Notes under the pieces: generated by a model
The model's database searches: none
What the model was told of the DNA's origin: nothing
What the model saw: the letters and a program-made list of their open reading frames with translations, nothing else
Made by a program: the position numbers and the translations under genes
Origin: Pavona decussata
Taxonomy: Eukaryota
Reading direction: 5' to 3'
Length of the DNA stretch: 64,000 nucleotides
NCBI GenBank assembly: GCA_977016875.1
Contig: CDRNST010000037.1
Coordinates: 744,001 to 808,000 of the forward strand
Shown: one piece after another, positions 33,949-47,830 of the stretch
Position numbering within the stretch: position 1 is the first letter of the stretch
Layout: each line of letters opens with the position of its first letter

Positions 33949-36900
33949 CGTAGACCTTTTACAATACAAAACTATTTCGACAAATCTCGACGCGTCTCGA
34001 GTCAAGTTCTAAAGCAGAGAGTCCAAGTTCAACCACGCCGCATGACGTAACATGTGATAATTGTCAGAACGTACATAATGTAACGCAACTCGAAATGTCG
34101 CTAACATTTCTTCCCCTCCCGAATTACAGGGAAGCTGAAATTCGAATACATTTTAACTGAAAATCCTTAGCTCTAGTTCATAGTCCCTCGAATTGTTTTG
34201 TTACATATTAATCTCATTACAGCTCGGTGTTCCGAGTCTCCAGCGGAGAGATTCTAGTTATTGGTCTTGCCATTAAACCGTACGTCCACCCTCGCACAGG
34301 GCCGTCAGGGCCAGGGTACGTCTGCTCGATGCGCCCAACATTCCACTGTTGCCTAACTGTACCGGGATCAATAACAACGATAACAGCTCCAACCTGCGAA
34401 TTGTCGTTATGGAAGTACCATTTCTGCCTTGATCCAATCTGCGGTAAGTATTCTTTCATCCATCCGTTTCACACATGTCTTGTGAGCTCTTGTAGTCTTC
34501 TCCAGCGCTTTCTGGGATTAAATGGCTCGGTGTCGACGCTCTCCAGTACAAAATCACCACCAATTTGCCCAATCAGAAAGTGATTTGGAGTCAAGACGCG
34601 GCCATCGTTAGGGTCGTCACTCACAGTTGTTAAAGGTCTCGAATTCAGGAGACTTTCTACTCCAATGAAGATTGTCTCCAACTCCTCATCATTAACTTCT
34701 GCATCACCGAGTACAGCAAAAATAGCTCGCTTTGCTGACTTAATCATAGATTCAAAGACTCCACTAAAATGTGGCGCTGCAGGTGGGTTCCATTTCCAAT
34801 TCACTCCTTTATTGGAGGTCATTCGTTGTATCTTGTCTTGGTCTATAGCAGAGACTAGGTCTTGCAGTTCCTTAACTTCGATGCACTTACAAAGTTCGTT
34901 CCATTGTCACTTAACATTTGCTGCGGCCATCCTCTCCGCGCAGTGATTCTGACAAAAGCGTTAAGAAATGTATCAGTGTCCAAAGACGACGCCATCTCCA
35001 AGTGGCAACAACGGGTCTTCAAACAGGGAAACAAACACAAATAGCGCTTAGCCCGCACTCTTCCACGTCCTTGCTTAGTAAAGAAAGGTCCTCCAAAGTC
35101 TATTGCACAGCTGTCGAAAGGTCTGGAGGATTACTGCAGTCTAATCTTCGGTAACGGAGCCATTTGCTGGTGAGCTGGCTTTGTTTGAAATCGTCTCGCA
35201 CACTCAAAACATTCTCTCATGACTCTTTTCACTTGTTCACGAACATGGACCACCAAGTATTTCTCCCGTAAATGATTAATCGTATAGTTAAGCCCCATCT
35301 GATGACCCTTTAATTCATGGTAACGATCAGTCCTGTGACATGATTCCTCTTAGGAAGTATGATTGGACACTTCACATCATATGAGAGATCGTCTGCATGC
35401 CGTAGTCTGGTGATGGACTCAAAATGCCAGTATCTAATACTGAATTAGACGGTGCTAATGCACTTCCTTTTAGGATTTCCTTGTTCCTTCTCAACGGCTC
35501 TATCTCTGCTGCGTACACTTTAGACTGAACCTCCCGAAAGATAAATTCCTCCGCGTTTTGAAGCTCCAATGGCTTCAGTTCACCCTTCTCTCTTTGCTCA
35601 GCTGGTTTCCTACAAATGTCTGTAAATCGGCGCACCCACACTGTCACACGAACTAAAGACAATATAACTTCCAGTTCTCCTTTTGTTTTGACTCGATACC
35701 ATTTCGAGTATCTTGAGGGGTCCAATCGCCATACCTCTTCGACACTAGCCGTTTCTTCACCTTCCTCAATTATTTGGTAACTGATAGCATCCTTTGTCCC
35801 TGTTTCCTTTGTTCCTTTAAGTTCAAGGTTCTATGTTGACATTGGCTTGTTAAACTTGCACTCTGGCAGGTCTTGTTTTGGCTTCTTCAGAAATTTGGGC
35901 CCATTCCACCATAAGTCTGCGCTTGCTAACTCTTCTACTGTCAGGCCTTTTGTCCCAAGGTCGGCGGGGCTTACATCCGTAGGAACATAGCGCCACTGAT
36001 TAGGAGCAGAGAACTCATAAATTTCTCCAACACGATGGGCTATGAACGGCTTATACTCTCTACTCTGACCTTGGATCCAGTACCCCACATTCACACTGTC
36101 CACCCAATAGGTCACTCCATTTGTTGGTGTCTTGAGTGCAGAGCGAACTTGTCTTGTTAATCGTAATCAGATGAGTGCACCCAAAAGTTCTAATCTGAGG
36201 ATGCTCAATGCTTTCAATGGTGCCAGCCGAGATTTCGACATAATCATTCGAGCATTGATGTTGCCAACCTCATACACATGACGTGCGTAAACTACAGCTG
36301 TATATGCTTTCTCTGACGCGTCACTGAATGTATAAATTCTCAGCTCGTCCACCTTAAGACTTGGGTCTTTCAAACACCTTCGGATTTTCACAAGTTCAAG
36401 GTCTTCCAACTCTCGGAACCACTTTGTCCATTCTTGCTGATGAGGTATCGGCAACGGTTCATCCCAATCCCGTGCCTCCAGCCATTCCTTTTGTATCAAC
36501 AACAACGACCTGATAACATAAGGTAATAAGAAGCCCAATAGATCGTAAACTGTTGCTGTTCGCCTCAAAACTTTCCTCTCGGTGATTTTAAATCTATCTA
36601 ACTGTAACGATTGTCTAAAGGAAAAATTCGTCCTCTGTGGCGGCCCACAGGAAACCCAGAGTCTTGATTGTTGGAAATTCTTTCTTCTCCAAGTCTATCT
36701 CAGAAGCCCTCTCTTCTTCCGCAACGTCAGTAATTACTTCCGGTTCATTCGATATCCATTTGCGGACATGAAAACCAGCCAAGTCCCCTAGTTTGGTAAG
36801 CTGCTTTCTTGTTTCCTCATCCACCGTAGGTGCGGATGACATCAGATCATCCATGTAACAGTCTTCTAAAACTGCATTAGCTCCCAATGGGTAAGTCTCC

Positions 36901-39693
36901 TTGTGAGGTCTGGCGTGATGTTGCCAAGCAAACGGGACACTAAAAGGGCAGTAACACCCTCCAAAATTAAACCTCTTAAACTCGTAAACCCTTGGTGCAT
37001 CCCCACTGCCCTAGTTCCTGTACAAGAATCTATGCAGGGGCCTGTCCTCTGGTCTGAGAAGTATCTGGTGATACATTTGGCTCACATCACCAGCCAAGGC
37101 AACTGGCTCCTTCCTAAACTTAATTAAAACATCCACAATGCCACTTTGCAACTTAGGACCCGGTGGTGATTCACTGTTCAAACTCTTTCCGTCTTGCTGA
37201 GCTGAGCCGTGGAAAACAACCCGAACTTTGGTTGTGGCCTTCTCTGGCCTTACCACAAGGACATGTGGGAGGAACCATTCTGATGGTGGTTTTGGCTAAT
37301 CCTCTTTGCCAGCTTCTCATCTTGCATTAACTTCTTCTCAACTGTGGGAAAAGACAATTCTCTGCCATCTGTCGGTTTGACGGTAATTCTGGTCTTTCAT
37401 GTTTCCAAGGCACAGCAACTTCATATCTCTCACCATCAAACCTGATTGATTCGTTCACTTCATCAAAGGCTAGTTTCTCTTCGGGGGAAAGTGGTTGCTC
37501 CACCTGCAGTGTAATCCCAATAGCCTCAAGGCTCCAAAATTGTTTCAACAGATAGTTCAAATCTCCATCACTACACTCTGACTGCTGTATGCGATAGGTG
37601 TTCAGGTAACCAGTGTTACTTGCTCCACATCCCTCAGACGTACCAATGGTACAAATTGCTGTCCACCCCAATGGACACAGTCTGGAGCTAGGTTCATTGT
37701 CGCCTCCACGAACCCCTTTCAAAGGAAATAACAGGTTGTAATAGTCTAAACCAATAAGAACATCGATTTTACTACTTTTTCCAAGTTTAGGAAAAGGAAT
37801 GTCCCTCAAATGTTTCCGCTGATCTTTGATTTGCAGCCAGTTGGTGGGTTTCATCCCACCACAGATGTTATTAGACATTAAATTGACCTTCTCTCCATTA
37901 GCAACATTGAAAGTTACTTTCTCCTTCCTACCATCCAACCCCAGTTCCTTTACCACATCCTCACTAACATACGACGTATCACTGCCTTCGTCCAAGAAAC
38001 AATTAACTTGCAAGCGTCTCTCCCCATGTTTCAGAATGACTGGAACGGTACGCAAAGCAATACCCTTCTGTGCACGCTCTTGTATTGTTTCATATGTACT
38101 GGACTTGTTTTCCTCTGTCATGGGTGTGTCAGCCTACCCCGCCATGGACCCAGGAACTACTTTCTCCTCATGAAGTAACCGATGGTGTCTGACTTTGCAT
38201 CCGTCAATTCCACACTCTCTGCTCCAAGTACATGAGTCACCAAGGTGCCCTTGCCTAAAGCAACGGTAACACAGTCCGAGGTTCTTCGCCGTCTCCCACT
38301 TCTTTCTATGTTCCATTCTCTTGAACATGTCACATTTCCAAATTGGGTGTTTTTGGTTGCACACTTTAGAGGGATGATCACGTTTCTCTTCTGGGGTCTC
38401 GAAATAAGACTTAGTTGAGCTCTTTCCTCGTACACTTCCAATACTGGACAGACCATGCTTAATTTCTGATGCTTGCACCTGGTAATCAGCTTCCTCAGCA
38501 ATCCAGTGACGCAGCTCTTCAAGAGACTCCTTGCTTCCCTTTTCATTAATCAATCGGTAGTACTGGCTAAGTAGAACTTGAGGACGTTTTTCCAGCACAA
38601 TTGCATACAATGTTCCTCCTTTCAGGTCAGCAAACTTCTTATTTTCCTTTAAAGAAACCACAGTCCTCTCCACTATGTCGGCAAATCTTTCTAGCTCTTT
38701 TGGATTATCAGCGTTTATTGGCCTCATTTTACGTAGCTCATCGATATGGGCTTGAACCTGTCGCCTGTTTCCCCCATACTTTCAATTCAACCTTGCCTTA
38801 GCCGCTTCGTACGCATGATCCGAGTAACCAAGCCCTTTCACCGTTTCGGCCGCCTCTCCTTCTAAACAACTTTCGAGCTGCAACACTTTAAACTGAGCTG
38901 ACAGACTTGTTTCATTCACACAACTGAAAACGCTGCCCACCACGACTGATATCCTTTCTTGCCGCCCGAAAACTTTGGGATTCGAATCCGCTCGAGCTGT
39001 TTGTTTGCATCTACCACGTGACCATCTTTGCTATGGGCGCTCTTAAATGTGCCGATCTGGCTTGTGTTATTTCCTTCGCTTTCCTTGCTGTTACTTTGCG
39101 ATAAGAAAAGCCGAGCTTCCTTCGTCTCGTTGTCCACACGATCTATCATTTTATCCGCTTCATCACCTGTTGAATCTGCCAGCGACGTATGCTCATTTTC
39201 TCCGTACAAGGTTTGAAGCGAACCCAACAGCTCCAACAATTCATTCCGTCGCTTGTCGATGTCCTGTAGTTTTGACGTGACATTTTCCTTGTTTGGCGTT
39301 TTCGCCGATAAATCCGCCGCTAATTCGTTTAGAAGCTTCGTAATACTTGTCTTGAGGGTTCTTTAACTCTTCTATTTTTCCATCCATAATTCCTCCAGTG
39401 TCAGTTCTCATATAATTCCCGCTAAATGTTTCCAAGTTTTGACGAGTCCCTTGCGAATTCCACAATACTGTTTCCGATTACAGTCCAATTATTACACCAA
39501 TGCGAATATCCGGCTCAGAGGACCAAACCACGACTGTAAACCTTTTACAATACAAAACTATCTCGGCAAATCTCGATGCTTCCCGAGTCAAGTTCCATAG
39601 CAGGGAGTCCGAGTTCAACCACGTCGCACTGACATAACACGTGATAATTGTCAGAACGTAAAAAATGTAACTCAACTCGAAATGTCGTTAACA
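33949..39693 (-). mobile_element. Full-length decayed BEL/Pao LTR retrotransposon
   Basis: LTRs 39535-39693 and 33949-34106; 5-bp TSD AGTAC (33944-33948, 39694-39698); tRNA-Tyr-like PBS TGGTCCTCTGAGCCGGAT (39525-39508); PPT GGAGGGGAAGAAA next to the 3' LTR; gag zinc knuckles (CYRC..GH..SC, CGIDGC..HH.LLH), protease FLDEGS, RT YMDD, Pao RNase H FSDAS, integrase SDNGTNF; many stops. Confidence 0.95.
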
Positions 39694-40231
39694 AGTACAA
39701 ACAGATCAAACTGTGTTAGCTCACACAAAATTGTCTTTCAAAGGCCATAAAATGACGTGAGAACTGGCCGGAAACATAATTATAAACTATTTTGCTTTAA
39801 TATTCTCTAAAGATGTCAGCAATGAACATTTAGTTGCTTGTGATGTCAGTAGCCTTATTTATACTACGCAGGTCCAAAACGTCTCATACTTCTAGTGCAA
39901 ATGCTGGACTAACAAGCCAATACCGGGTTTTGTATAAGAACTACAGAACCTTAAAGCACTATGTACTTAAAAACTTCAAATTGTACTGAGCTGTTGTATG
40001 TTAATCCGTTAATGGAGAAATTACATATGCATATCATCAGATGTGTTTAGTTCAAATTACACATCTCGCATTAACAGTGCTGGTGTTGCGAAAAGAATAA
40101 TTAGTGTACTCACTATTTGAATAAAACTAGTCACGTCAGTAATTCCTCGCGAAGCGCCGGCGAAGGCCCGAGCGTAGCGAGGTTAACACATTTGTCGGGC
40201 CAAAGCCGCGTGAATTCGAGCGAAAAATATA

Positions 40232-40488
40232 CAGCTGTTTCGACAAAGGTTGTCCAAAAAAGCGTAAAAGCGTACGCGACAATGCCAAAAGGTAGTCTGG
40301 AAAATACCCAATAAATTTCAATATACGCTCTGATTGTCCGCCCCCGCCATCTCAAGTCTTCGCTGTACGGTCGAGGCATTATGGATTCTGAGCTTTTATT
40401 GAAATTTATCGGGTATTTCCCAGACTACCTTTCAGCATTTCGCGTAACATTTAACGCTGTTTTTGGACAACCTTTGTCGAAACAGCTG
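40232..40488. mobile_element. Tc1/IS630-type internal-deletion MITE retaining the transposase start
   Basis: TA|CAGCTGTTTCGACAAAGG...CCTTTGTCGAAACAGCTG|TA, inverted arms of about 90 bp; the spacer encodes MPRPYSEDLRWR on the minus strand. Confidence 0.7.
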
Positions 40489-41445
40489 TATTTACAAATA
40501 CATCTTTGAAGGTGTCTGCAATGTTGCTAGCCTCCCGACGCAGTCGTTTTTAGGCGACTCGTATCACCTCCTCCCCATACGATTCCCCCTAAAAACGACT
40601 GCGTGGCAGGCTACAGTGTTGCCTAGCAAAAGTGAAAAACAAAGTATGGATGACGTCAGACAAAGGAAAGGTTGCTAGGCAGCAACAGCTTAGAAGACAA
40701 ACAGGCGTCAGACGCAGTTTGTTGAAGCAAAATTTGCATACATCGCGAAAGTTTTGCGTTTAGTGCCGGATCAAATTTCAACTGCGATGTTCATCAATAT
40801 TCACTTGATGGAAATATCTCTGCAGAATCGTTTCCTTTTCTTCCAGAAATCCTTTTTTTAAAAGATTGCATTGAAGAAATTACACTCTTTGTGGCCGTGG
40901 TAAAATAATTTTCCGTGGGATATAAATTCATCGAACACGACAGCGCTTCACGCCCGTTGTACATTTCGTCGTGTCAGAAATAGATTTCAACCGCAAACTA
41001 GCCTGTGGAACTACGAAAACACCATGCTCATCAAAATAGTTACTATGTTAAGAAACCTTTTAATCTCCTCATTTGATGCTACAACACGAGTAAAGAGGGC
41101 TTTTCCACCCAGCCCTTGCTTCGCGAGCTTTTGCGAGTCACGTATTTCTAGTACTATTAATTTCGTGATATCTGTAGAATCTGTCTGAGACTTCTTCATA
41201 GTCTAAAGAGTAAAAATTTAAGTACACTTTTCAAGTGTATATGTTCGATTCAAAAGATTCAGAGATGTTTCCAATCAGGAAATTCTCTACTCGCTGTAAA
41301 CATATGCCGGGATCAAAAAGAGAGCAAAATCCTTTGTGTAGGTATATATCTTCTAAGTTTTCTCTAAAATAAGAGTCAATTACGAACAAAACTCGACTAA
41401 GTTGAACGTGAGTGCAATACCCAGAGAAAATATAACTTAACTCAC

Positions 41446-41560
41446 CTGATAGAGGATGATCGATTCTCTTTAATGCAGAACGGCTTGAAGCGTAAAGGCG
41501 TTGGCAGAACTGAGTTCACAAACCAACACTAACCACACACTGAAATTAGAGCCCTCCACA
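41446..41560 (-). other. Candidate non-coding first exon of the RTK gene
   Basis: Consensus donor CAG|GTGAGT at 41446/41445, upstream of the signal-peptide exon that starts with an acceptor; 5' end unknown. Confidence 0.4.
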
Positions 41561-42443
41561 GCTGTTGTTTTTAATGATGTCTAAAAGGGAACATCGAATC
41601 GAAAACCGTTTTTAATTCACCTCACGTCGTGTTCAATCGACCGTTAGAAAGTTAAGTTATTCCTTTTATTATTTTACCATTCTTGATGAAATGAAAATAT
41701 ATCCTTTACAAAAATCAGACTTGAAAGAGAGGAATTTTCTCCGATTTTTCATCTCCCCTTGAAAAAAAAAAAAAAGCAGCTCCCGGTAGGTTGTATATTT
41801 CATCTCCAATTGATGACATTTTAATTGATGAGCATTTTTAAATGACTTAAAAAATATAAAAAGAGCGGCCGGGCGCACGCAAACTTTGAAATTTGAAGTT
41901 TGAAGTTTGAAGATTGAAGTTTATTTTGCCTTTCTTTCTAACATATTTACAATTAATTGCATACACTTCGAGGCAGGAACAACGTTTGTACTTTGCCAAT
42001 TTGAGTTTTGTTAAAGCATTTGACTCAGTTAACCCGTAAAGAAGGGACAATTTAAATGTTTATTGTTTTTAGCTTGCTATACAAGCTGGGTTCATGAAAT
42101 TGCATTTGTTTAATCAACAGATGTTTTGTTCATTCTTTAATTAATGTATATAAAAAGGAAAATGTTTTGTATTGTGGCAAACCTTGTCTCTCTTTCTAGT
42201 GTTTTTTGCAAGTTTCACCCCGCATTGATCGCTGGATTGTTTTTGAAGTTTTTGTGACGTTGCTATTAAGAATTTGCTACTCCATCAAGAAAATCGGATA
42301 CCAATACACAGCCAATATGCTGATAATTTTGTTTATTCTCGCCAACGTTACCTGACTACTAAGGGAAGTTTTCTTATTTAGTCGGGCAAATTAAACATCT
42401 TTAGTCTGTGGAATTCGCCCCGTTCCAGACGCCGCTGATACAT

Positions 42444-45400
42444 TTAAGAGATTTGAGCTCAATTTAACATAGAAACACCTTTGTATAGCAGAAAAACACT
42501 AAATTCAACCAAATCGTCTATAAACAAACGTCTCAGGCGCCCATTGCGTTGGTCACTCCAAGGATATAATGATCATCATTGTCTTCTGCTGTATGGATTA
42601 GCGTAGCCTGCAATAGTAGACACCTTTTCCGGCAGGATGAAAACACAAAAAAGTGCTTGAAAAACGTAAACAATTAAAGCTTTCTGCTCGCGCGCGAAGA
42701 TTTTTTACGCAACAAAATCACATTAGCTCTCGATTTTCTGCCAATTTACGCGCGAGCTTGTGCAAGCCAGCTAAACCAGTTGACATCCGGTTAAAAACCG
42801 GAGATTTTTAACTTGTTCGTGTAGGTTTGTTGCACCTGTTTATCCCTGAGCGAATATTTAAGCCGACTTGTAGTCCAAAACTGAAATAAGAAATGCTTAA
42901 CTTTTCAGTGTTTGTTGTCTTCGTCACTCCCTTCGCCAACTCACTTGCCTTTATCATTTGGTCTCAGAGTCACTTTCAGGTTCTGATAGTAGTCTGACAG
43001 CAGAAAATTATTCAAAAAACAAATACATGAAATACTAATCAACATTTTGAAAAAAGAAAATGCTTATCTTACGCCCTCTTCAATTCTTGAAATAATGAAA
43101 AGCTTGTAAATTTCCAACAATCCTGTAATTTCTATCAGCTTGCGAATCCTTTTTGTTTTGTATATTCACTTATATATATGTTTACTACTTATTTAACTTT
43201 TATTTTAGTTGCTGCTGTCAATTTGTAAACACCAAATTTATTTGCATTTCGTTTAGTAGTCATACCTACCCGCCTCGACTAGCTTAAGCTATTTGCGGGT
43301 AGGTATATAACTAACTTGTAACTCTCTGTTTTAATAAAGTGTTGTTGTTGTAACTCGAGAAGTTTCAATGTTCGCTCACCTTTGTTATCTTCACTGTCAT
43401 GGATGTGAATAGGAAAACAAAATTTGTTAATAATCACCACTGACTTCAATATTTTCTAATTCTCATTACTTTCATAATTACAGGCTCCTCTTCTTTCCCT
43501 CTTTTTCCCTCCACCATTCCCTCCTCGTTTTCGTCCCCTCGCACTCTCCTTCGCGCATCTCTCTAGGAGCCTGGAACAGGCTAATGATGTAGTGAAAACA
43601 GCGTTCCGATTCCGCTTACGACTCCGCTTACGACTCCGACTCCGACACCGTCGCTAGTGAAAACCAGCCTTAAGAGATTTGAGCTAGAAACACCTTTGTG
43701 TAGCAGAAAAACACTAAATTAAACCAAATCGTCTATAAACACACGTCTCAGGCACCCATTGCGTTGGTCACTCCAAGGATATAATGATCATCATCGTCTT
43801 CTGCTGTCTGGATTAGCGTAGCCTGCAATAGTAGACACCTTTTCCGGCAGGATGAAAACACAAAAAAGTGCTTGAAAAACGTAAACAATTAAAGCTTTCT
43901 GCTCGCGCGCGAAGATTTTTTACGCAACAAAATCACATTAGCTCTCGATTTTCTGCCAATTTACGCGCGAGCTTGTGCAAGCCAGCTAAACCAGTTGACA
44001 TCCGGTTAAAAACCGGAGATTTTTAACTTGTTCGTGTAGGTTTGTTGCACCTGTTTATCCCTGAGCGAATATTTAAGCCGACTTGTAGTCCAAAACTGAA
44101 ATAAGAAATGCTTAACTTTTCAGTGTTTGTTGTCTTCGTCACTCCCTTCGCCAACTCACTTGCCTTTATCATTTGGTCTCAGAGTCACTCTCAGGTTCTG
44201 ATAGTAGTCTGACAGCAGAAAATTATTCAAAAAACAAATACATGAAATACTAATCAACATTTTAAAAAAAGAAAATGCTTATCTTACGCCTTCTTCAATT
44301 CTTGAAATAATGAAAAGCTTGTAAATTTCCAACAATCCTGTAATTTCTATCAGCTTGCGAATCCTTTTTGTTTTGTATATTCACTTATATATATGTTTAC
44401 TACTTATTTAACTTTTATTTTAGTTGCTGCTGTCAATTTGTAAACACCAAATTTATTTGCATTTCGTTTAGTAGTCATACCTACCCGCCTCGACTAGCTT
44501 AAGCTATTTGCGGGTAGGTATATAACTAACTTGTAACTCTCTGTTTTAATAAAGTGTTGTTGTTGTAACTCGAGAAGTTTCAATGTTCGCTCACCTTTGT
44601 TATCTTCACTGTCATGGATGTGAATAGGAAAACAAAATTTGTTAATAATCACCACTGACTTCAATATTTTCTAATTCTCATTACTTTCATAATTACAGGC
44701 TCCTCTTCTTTCCCTCTTTTTCCCTCCACCATTCCCTCCTCGTTTTCGTCCCCTCGCACTCTCCTTCGCGCATCTCTCTAGGAGCCTGGAACAGGCTAAT
44801 GATGTAGTGAAAACAGCGTTCCGATTCCGCTTACGACTCCGTCGCTTACGTTCCGCTTATGATCTAGTGAAAACCAGATAGTCGGAGTCGGAAGAGGCGG
44901 GAGGGTCTGGGACCCTGCATTGTGATTGGTTTATTCTACCGCTTCTGCTTCCGACTCCGACAATCTGGTTTTCACTACATGATAAGCGGAACGTAAGCGA
45001 CGGAGTCGTAAGGGGAGTCGGAAGAAAACGGAAACGTTCTGATTCTTCTGACTCCGATTCCGTCGCGCTTATGACTCCGCTTATGACTCCGATTTTTGAT
45101 TTTCACTAGGTCATAAGCGCTCTTACGACTCCGCTTACGACTCCGACTCCGACTCCGTCGCTAGTGAAAACCAGCCTTAAGAGATTTGAGCTAGAAACAC
45201 CTTTGTGTAGCAGAAAAACACTAAATTAAACCAAATCGTCTATAAACACACGTCTCAGGCACCCATTGCGTTGGTCACTCCAAGGATTTAATGATCATCA
45301 TTGTCTTCTGCTGTATGGATAAGCTAGCCTGCAATAGAAGACACCTCTTCCGGCAGGATAAAAACACGAAAAAGTGCTTGAAAAACGTAAACAATTAAAG

Positions 45401-46225
45401 CTTTCTGCTCGCGCGCGAAGATTTTTTACGCAACAAAATCACATTAGCTCTCGATTTTCTGCCAGTTTACGCGCGAGCTTGTGCAAGCCAGCTAAACCAG
45501 TTGACATCCGGTTAAAAACCGGAGATTTTTAACTTGTTCGTGTAGGTTTGTTGCACCTGTTTACCCCTGAGCGAATATTTGAGCCGACTTGTAGTCCAAA
45601 ACTGAAATAAGAAATGCTTAACTTTTCAGTGTTTGTTGTCTTCGTTACTCCCTTCGCCAACTCACTTGCCCTTATCATTTGGTCTCAGAGTCACTTTCAG
45701 GTTCTGATAGTAGTCTGACAGCAGAAAATTATTCAAAAAACAAATACATGAAATACTAATCAACATTTTAAAAAAAGAAAATGCTTATCTTACGCCCTCT
45801 TCAATTCTTGAAATAATGAAAAGCTTGTAAATTTCCAACAATCCTGTAATTTCTATCAGCTTGCGAATCCTTTTTGTTTTGTATATTCACTTATATGTTT
45901 ACTACTTATTTAACTTTTATTTTAGTTGCTGCTGTCAATTTGTAAACACCAAATTTATTTGCATTTAGTTTAGTATAGTCAGACCTACCCGCCTCAACTA
46001 GCTTTAGCTATTTGCGGGTAGGTATATAACTAACTTGTAACCCTCTGTTTAAATAAAGTGTTGTTGTTGCCGTTGTTGTTGTTGTTGTTGTTGTTGTTGT
46101 AACTCGAGAAGTTTCAGTGTTCGCTCACCTTTGTTACCTTTACTGTCATGGATGTGAATAGGAAAACAAAATTTGTTAATAATCGCCACTGACTTCACTA
46201 TTTTCTAATTCTCATTACTCTCATA
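42444..46225. repeat. Tandem triplication of a non-coding unit (starts 42444, 43670, 45177)
   Basis: Three near-identical copies beginning TTAAGAGATTTGAGCT; unit lengths 1226 and 1507 nt, third copy truncated at about 46225. Confidence 0.92.
44803..45176. mobile_element. MITE with GACTCCGCTTAC subrepeats ending ..TAGTGAAAACCAGCC|TTAA (internally deleted copy at 43588..43669)
   Basis: Repeated TAGTGAAAAC/GTTTTCACTA and GACTCCG/CGGAGTC inverted motifs; TTAA at the right end. Confidence 0.7.
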
Positions 46226-47110
46226 GAATTCATTCTCGTAAGCGACCATGCAGCTCCAGTTACGACCACTTTTTTCAATTCCCGAGGCGGCCGCTTACGA
46301 GTTTTCGTCCGTCAATATCGTCATCATCGTGTATTTCTTCTTCTTTTTTTAATTACTGTACTCTACTTGTTTTAGGTGGTTCGGTATGGTCTTTCATATC
46401 TTGCTCCAAATCTAGAGAATGAGCCTAGCCTAGCCTAGCCCTAGCCTCGAGTTGTCAACTTTTGATACTAGGGGAGAAAAACGCCAAGATTCATCGAGCA
46501 GATCGCGGGGAGTGCTTTGGGCTTTAAGTCAGAAAATCGGCTTGCGTCAAGGAATGTCCTAGCTCTTTCTCTCGTGAAAGGAAACTGCCTAAAGCAATTG
46601 CATGTTATTATATCCATTAACAAGAGAAAATACCATGAAATGGGAAAGAACCATTTGATTTTTGTGAATCGTATTGACAGGCTGAACTACCCCCCTTACC
46701 ACCCTTTGTAAAATAAAATGCTGTTTGAACGCTGATTCCACTAGTAAGATTTTATCCTCACAAAACCTGAAATTCATTATCATAATTCGGAGAATTACAG
46801 GTTCATCAAATAAAATTTCAATGGAATAACTCTGTACATTGGAGAATTGGAATTTCAAACCTTTTTACCAGTCGCCAATTTTCTCAAAATAATCCACCGT
46901 AACACGGTTTGGTATAGTTCAGGTCTGGTTATTATAGTCTCAGCACCACTGATAAATGATTCAAAATTTAAAAATTGTTGAAGCAACCAGAATAATTAAG
47001 GTTGGTTTTATGCGCCTTTGTAAGTGCTGTCTGCACTGTCGAAGTTACTCCAACCTTATCAATTCAGTGACAATTGCCGTTTGACGTCGGTAGTGGGGCT
47101 TTCATATTTT

Positions 47111-47388
47111 GATAATTTTGAAGAAGAGCTCCCCAAACCGACTGTCGGCCGACTGTTGACCGACAATCATAACACGTAAGCTTAGATACCATAAAATGTG
47201 TTCGGTTCGTGGACTGTTCAAATAGACTTTTAATAATCTTACTTATATTGCATGGTGGAATTGATCTGTCGGTAGCCTGTCGGTTAGGCACTGTCAGGTG
47301 TCGGTAAACTGTTGGTTAGCTGTTGGTCCACTGTCGGCGGACAATTTACCGACAGTCGGTTTGGGGAGCTCTTCTTCAAAATTACCCA
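47111..47388. mobile_element. MITE
   Basis: TIR TAATTTTGAAGAAGAGCTCCCCAAACCGACTGTCGG ... CCGACAGTCGGTTTGGGGAGCTCTTCTTCAAAATTA. Confidence 0.85.
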
Positions 47389-47830
47389 TATTTTCGTGTA
47401 AGAAAAAACAACAAGCAAACAAAGATTCTTTAGCTCTTTTCGATAAGCTTTCTATTCAGAGCTTTCTTTTGCGAAGTCATGTCAAAAACTCGAGCTTCAT
47501 CAGGGATCCCAAACACCTGGAAACGATAAAAGTTATCGGCCATTTCATCTGTTTGATAATCCTAAGCTTTAAACAGCCTTCTCCATTTGACATGTCAATA
47601 TTTTTTTGTCAAAAGAATCCACGTATTACTAAGGACCTATTCCATGCTAATGACAGTTGGATACAGATCTAAACACCAAGCACTTAACCTTGTAATGGAT
47701 ACCCCTATACATTCTTAAACGGAAATGTCATACGCTATAATCTAAGAATATTCACAACAATATTTTCAGCCTAGCATCGGGAGAAAAATAAGAATATTCA
47801 ACCTGGGCCAAAAAAACAATATTTTTATAT

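Noticed and set aside
44803-45176. Regularly recurring GACTCCGCTTAC units resembling a CRISPR array
   Set aside because: Short, irregular, both orientations, no unique spacers or cas genes; eukaryotic MITE subterminal repeats.
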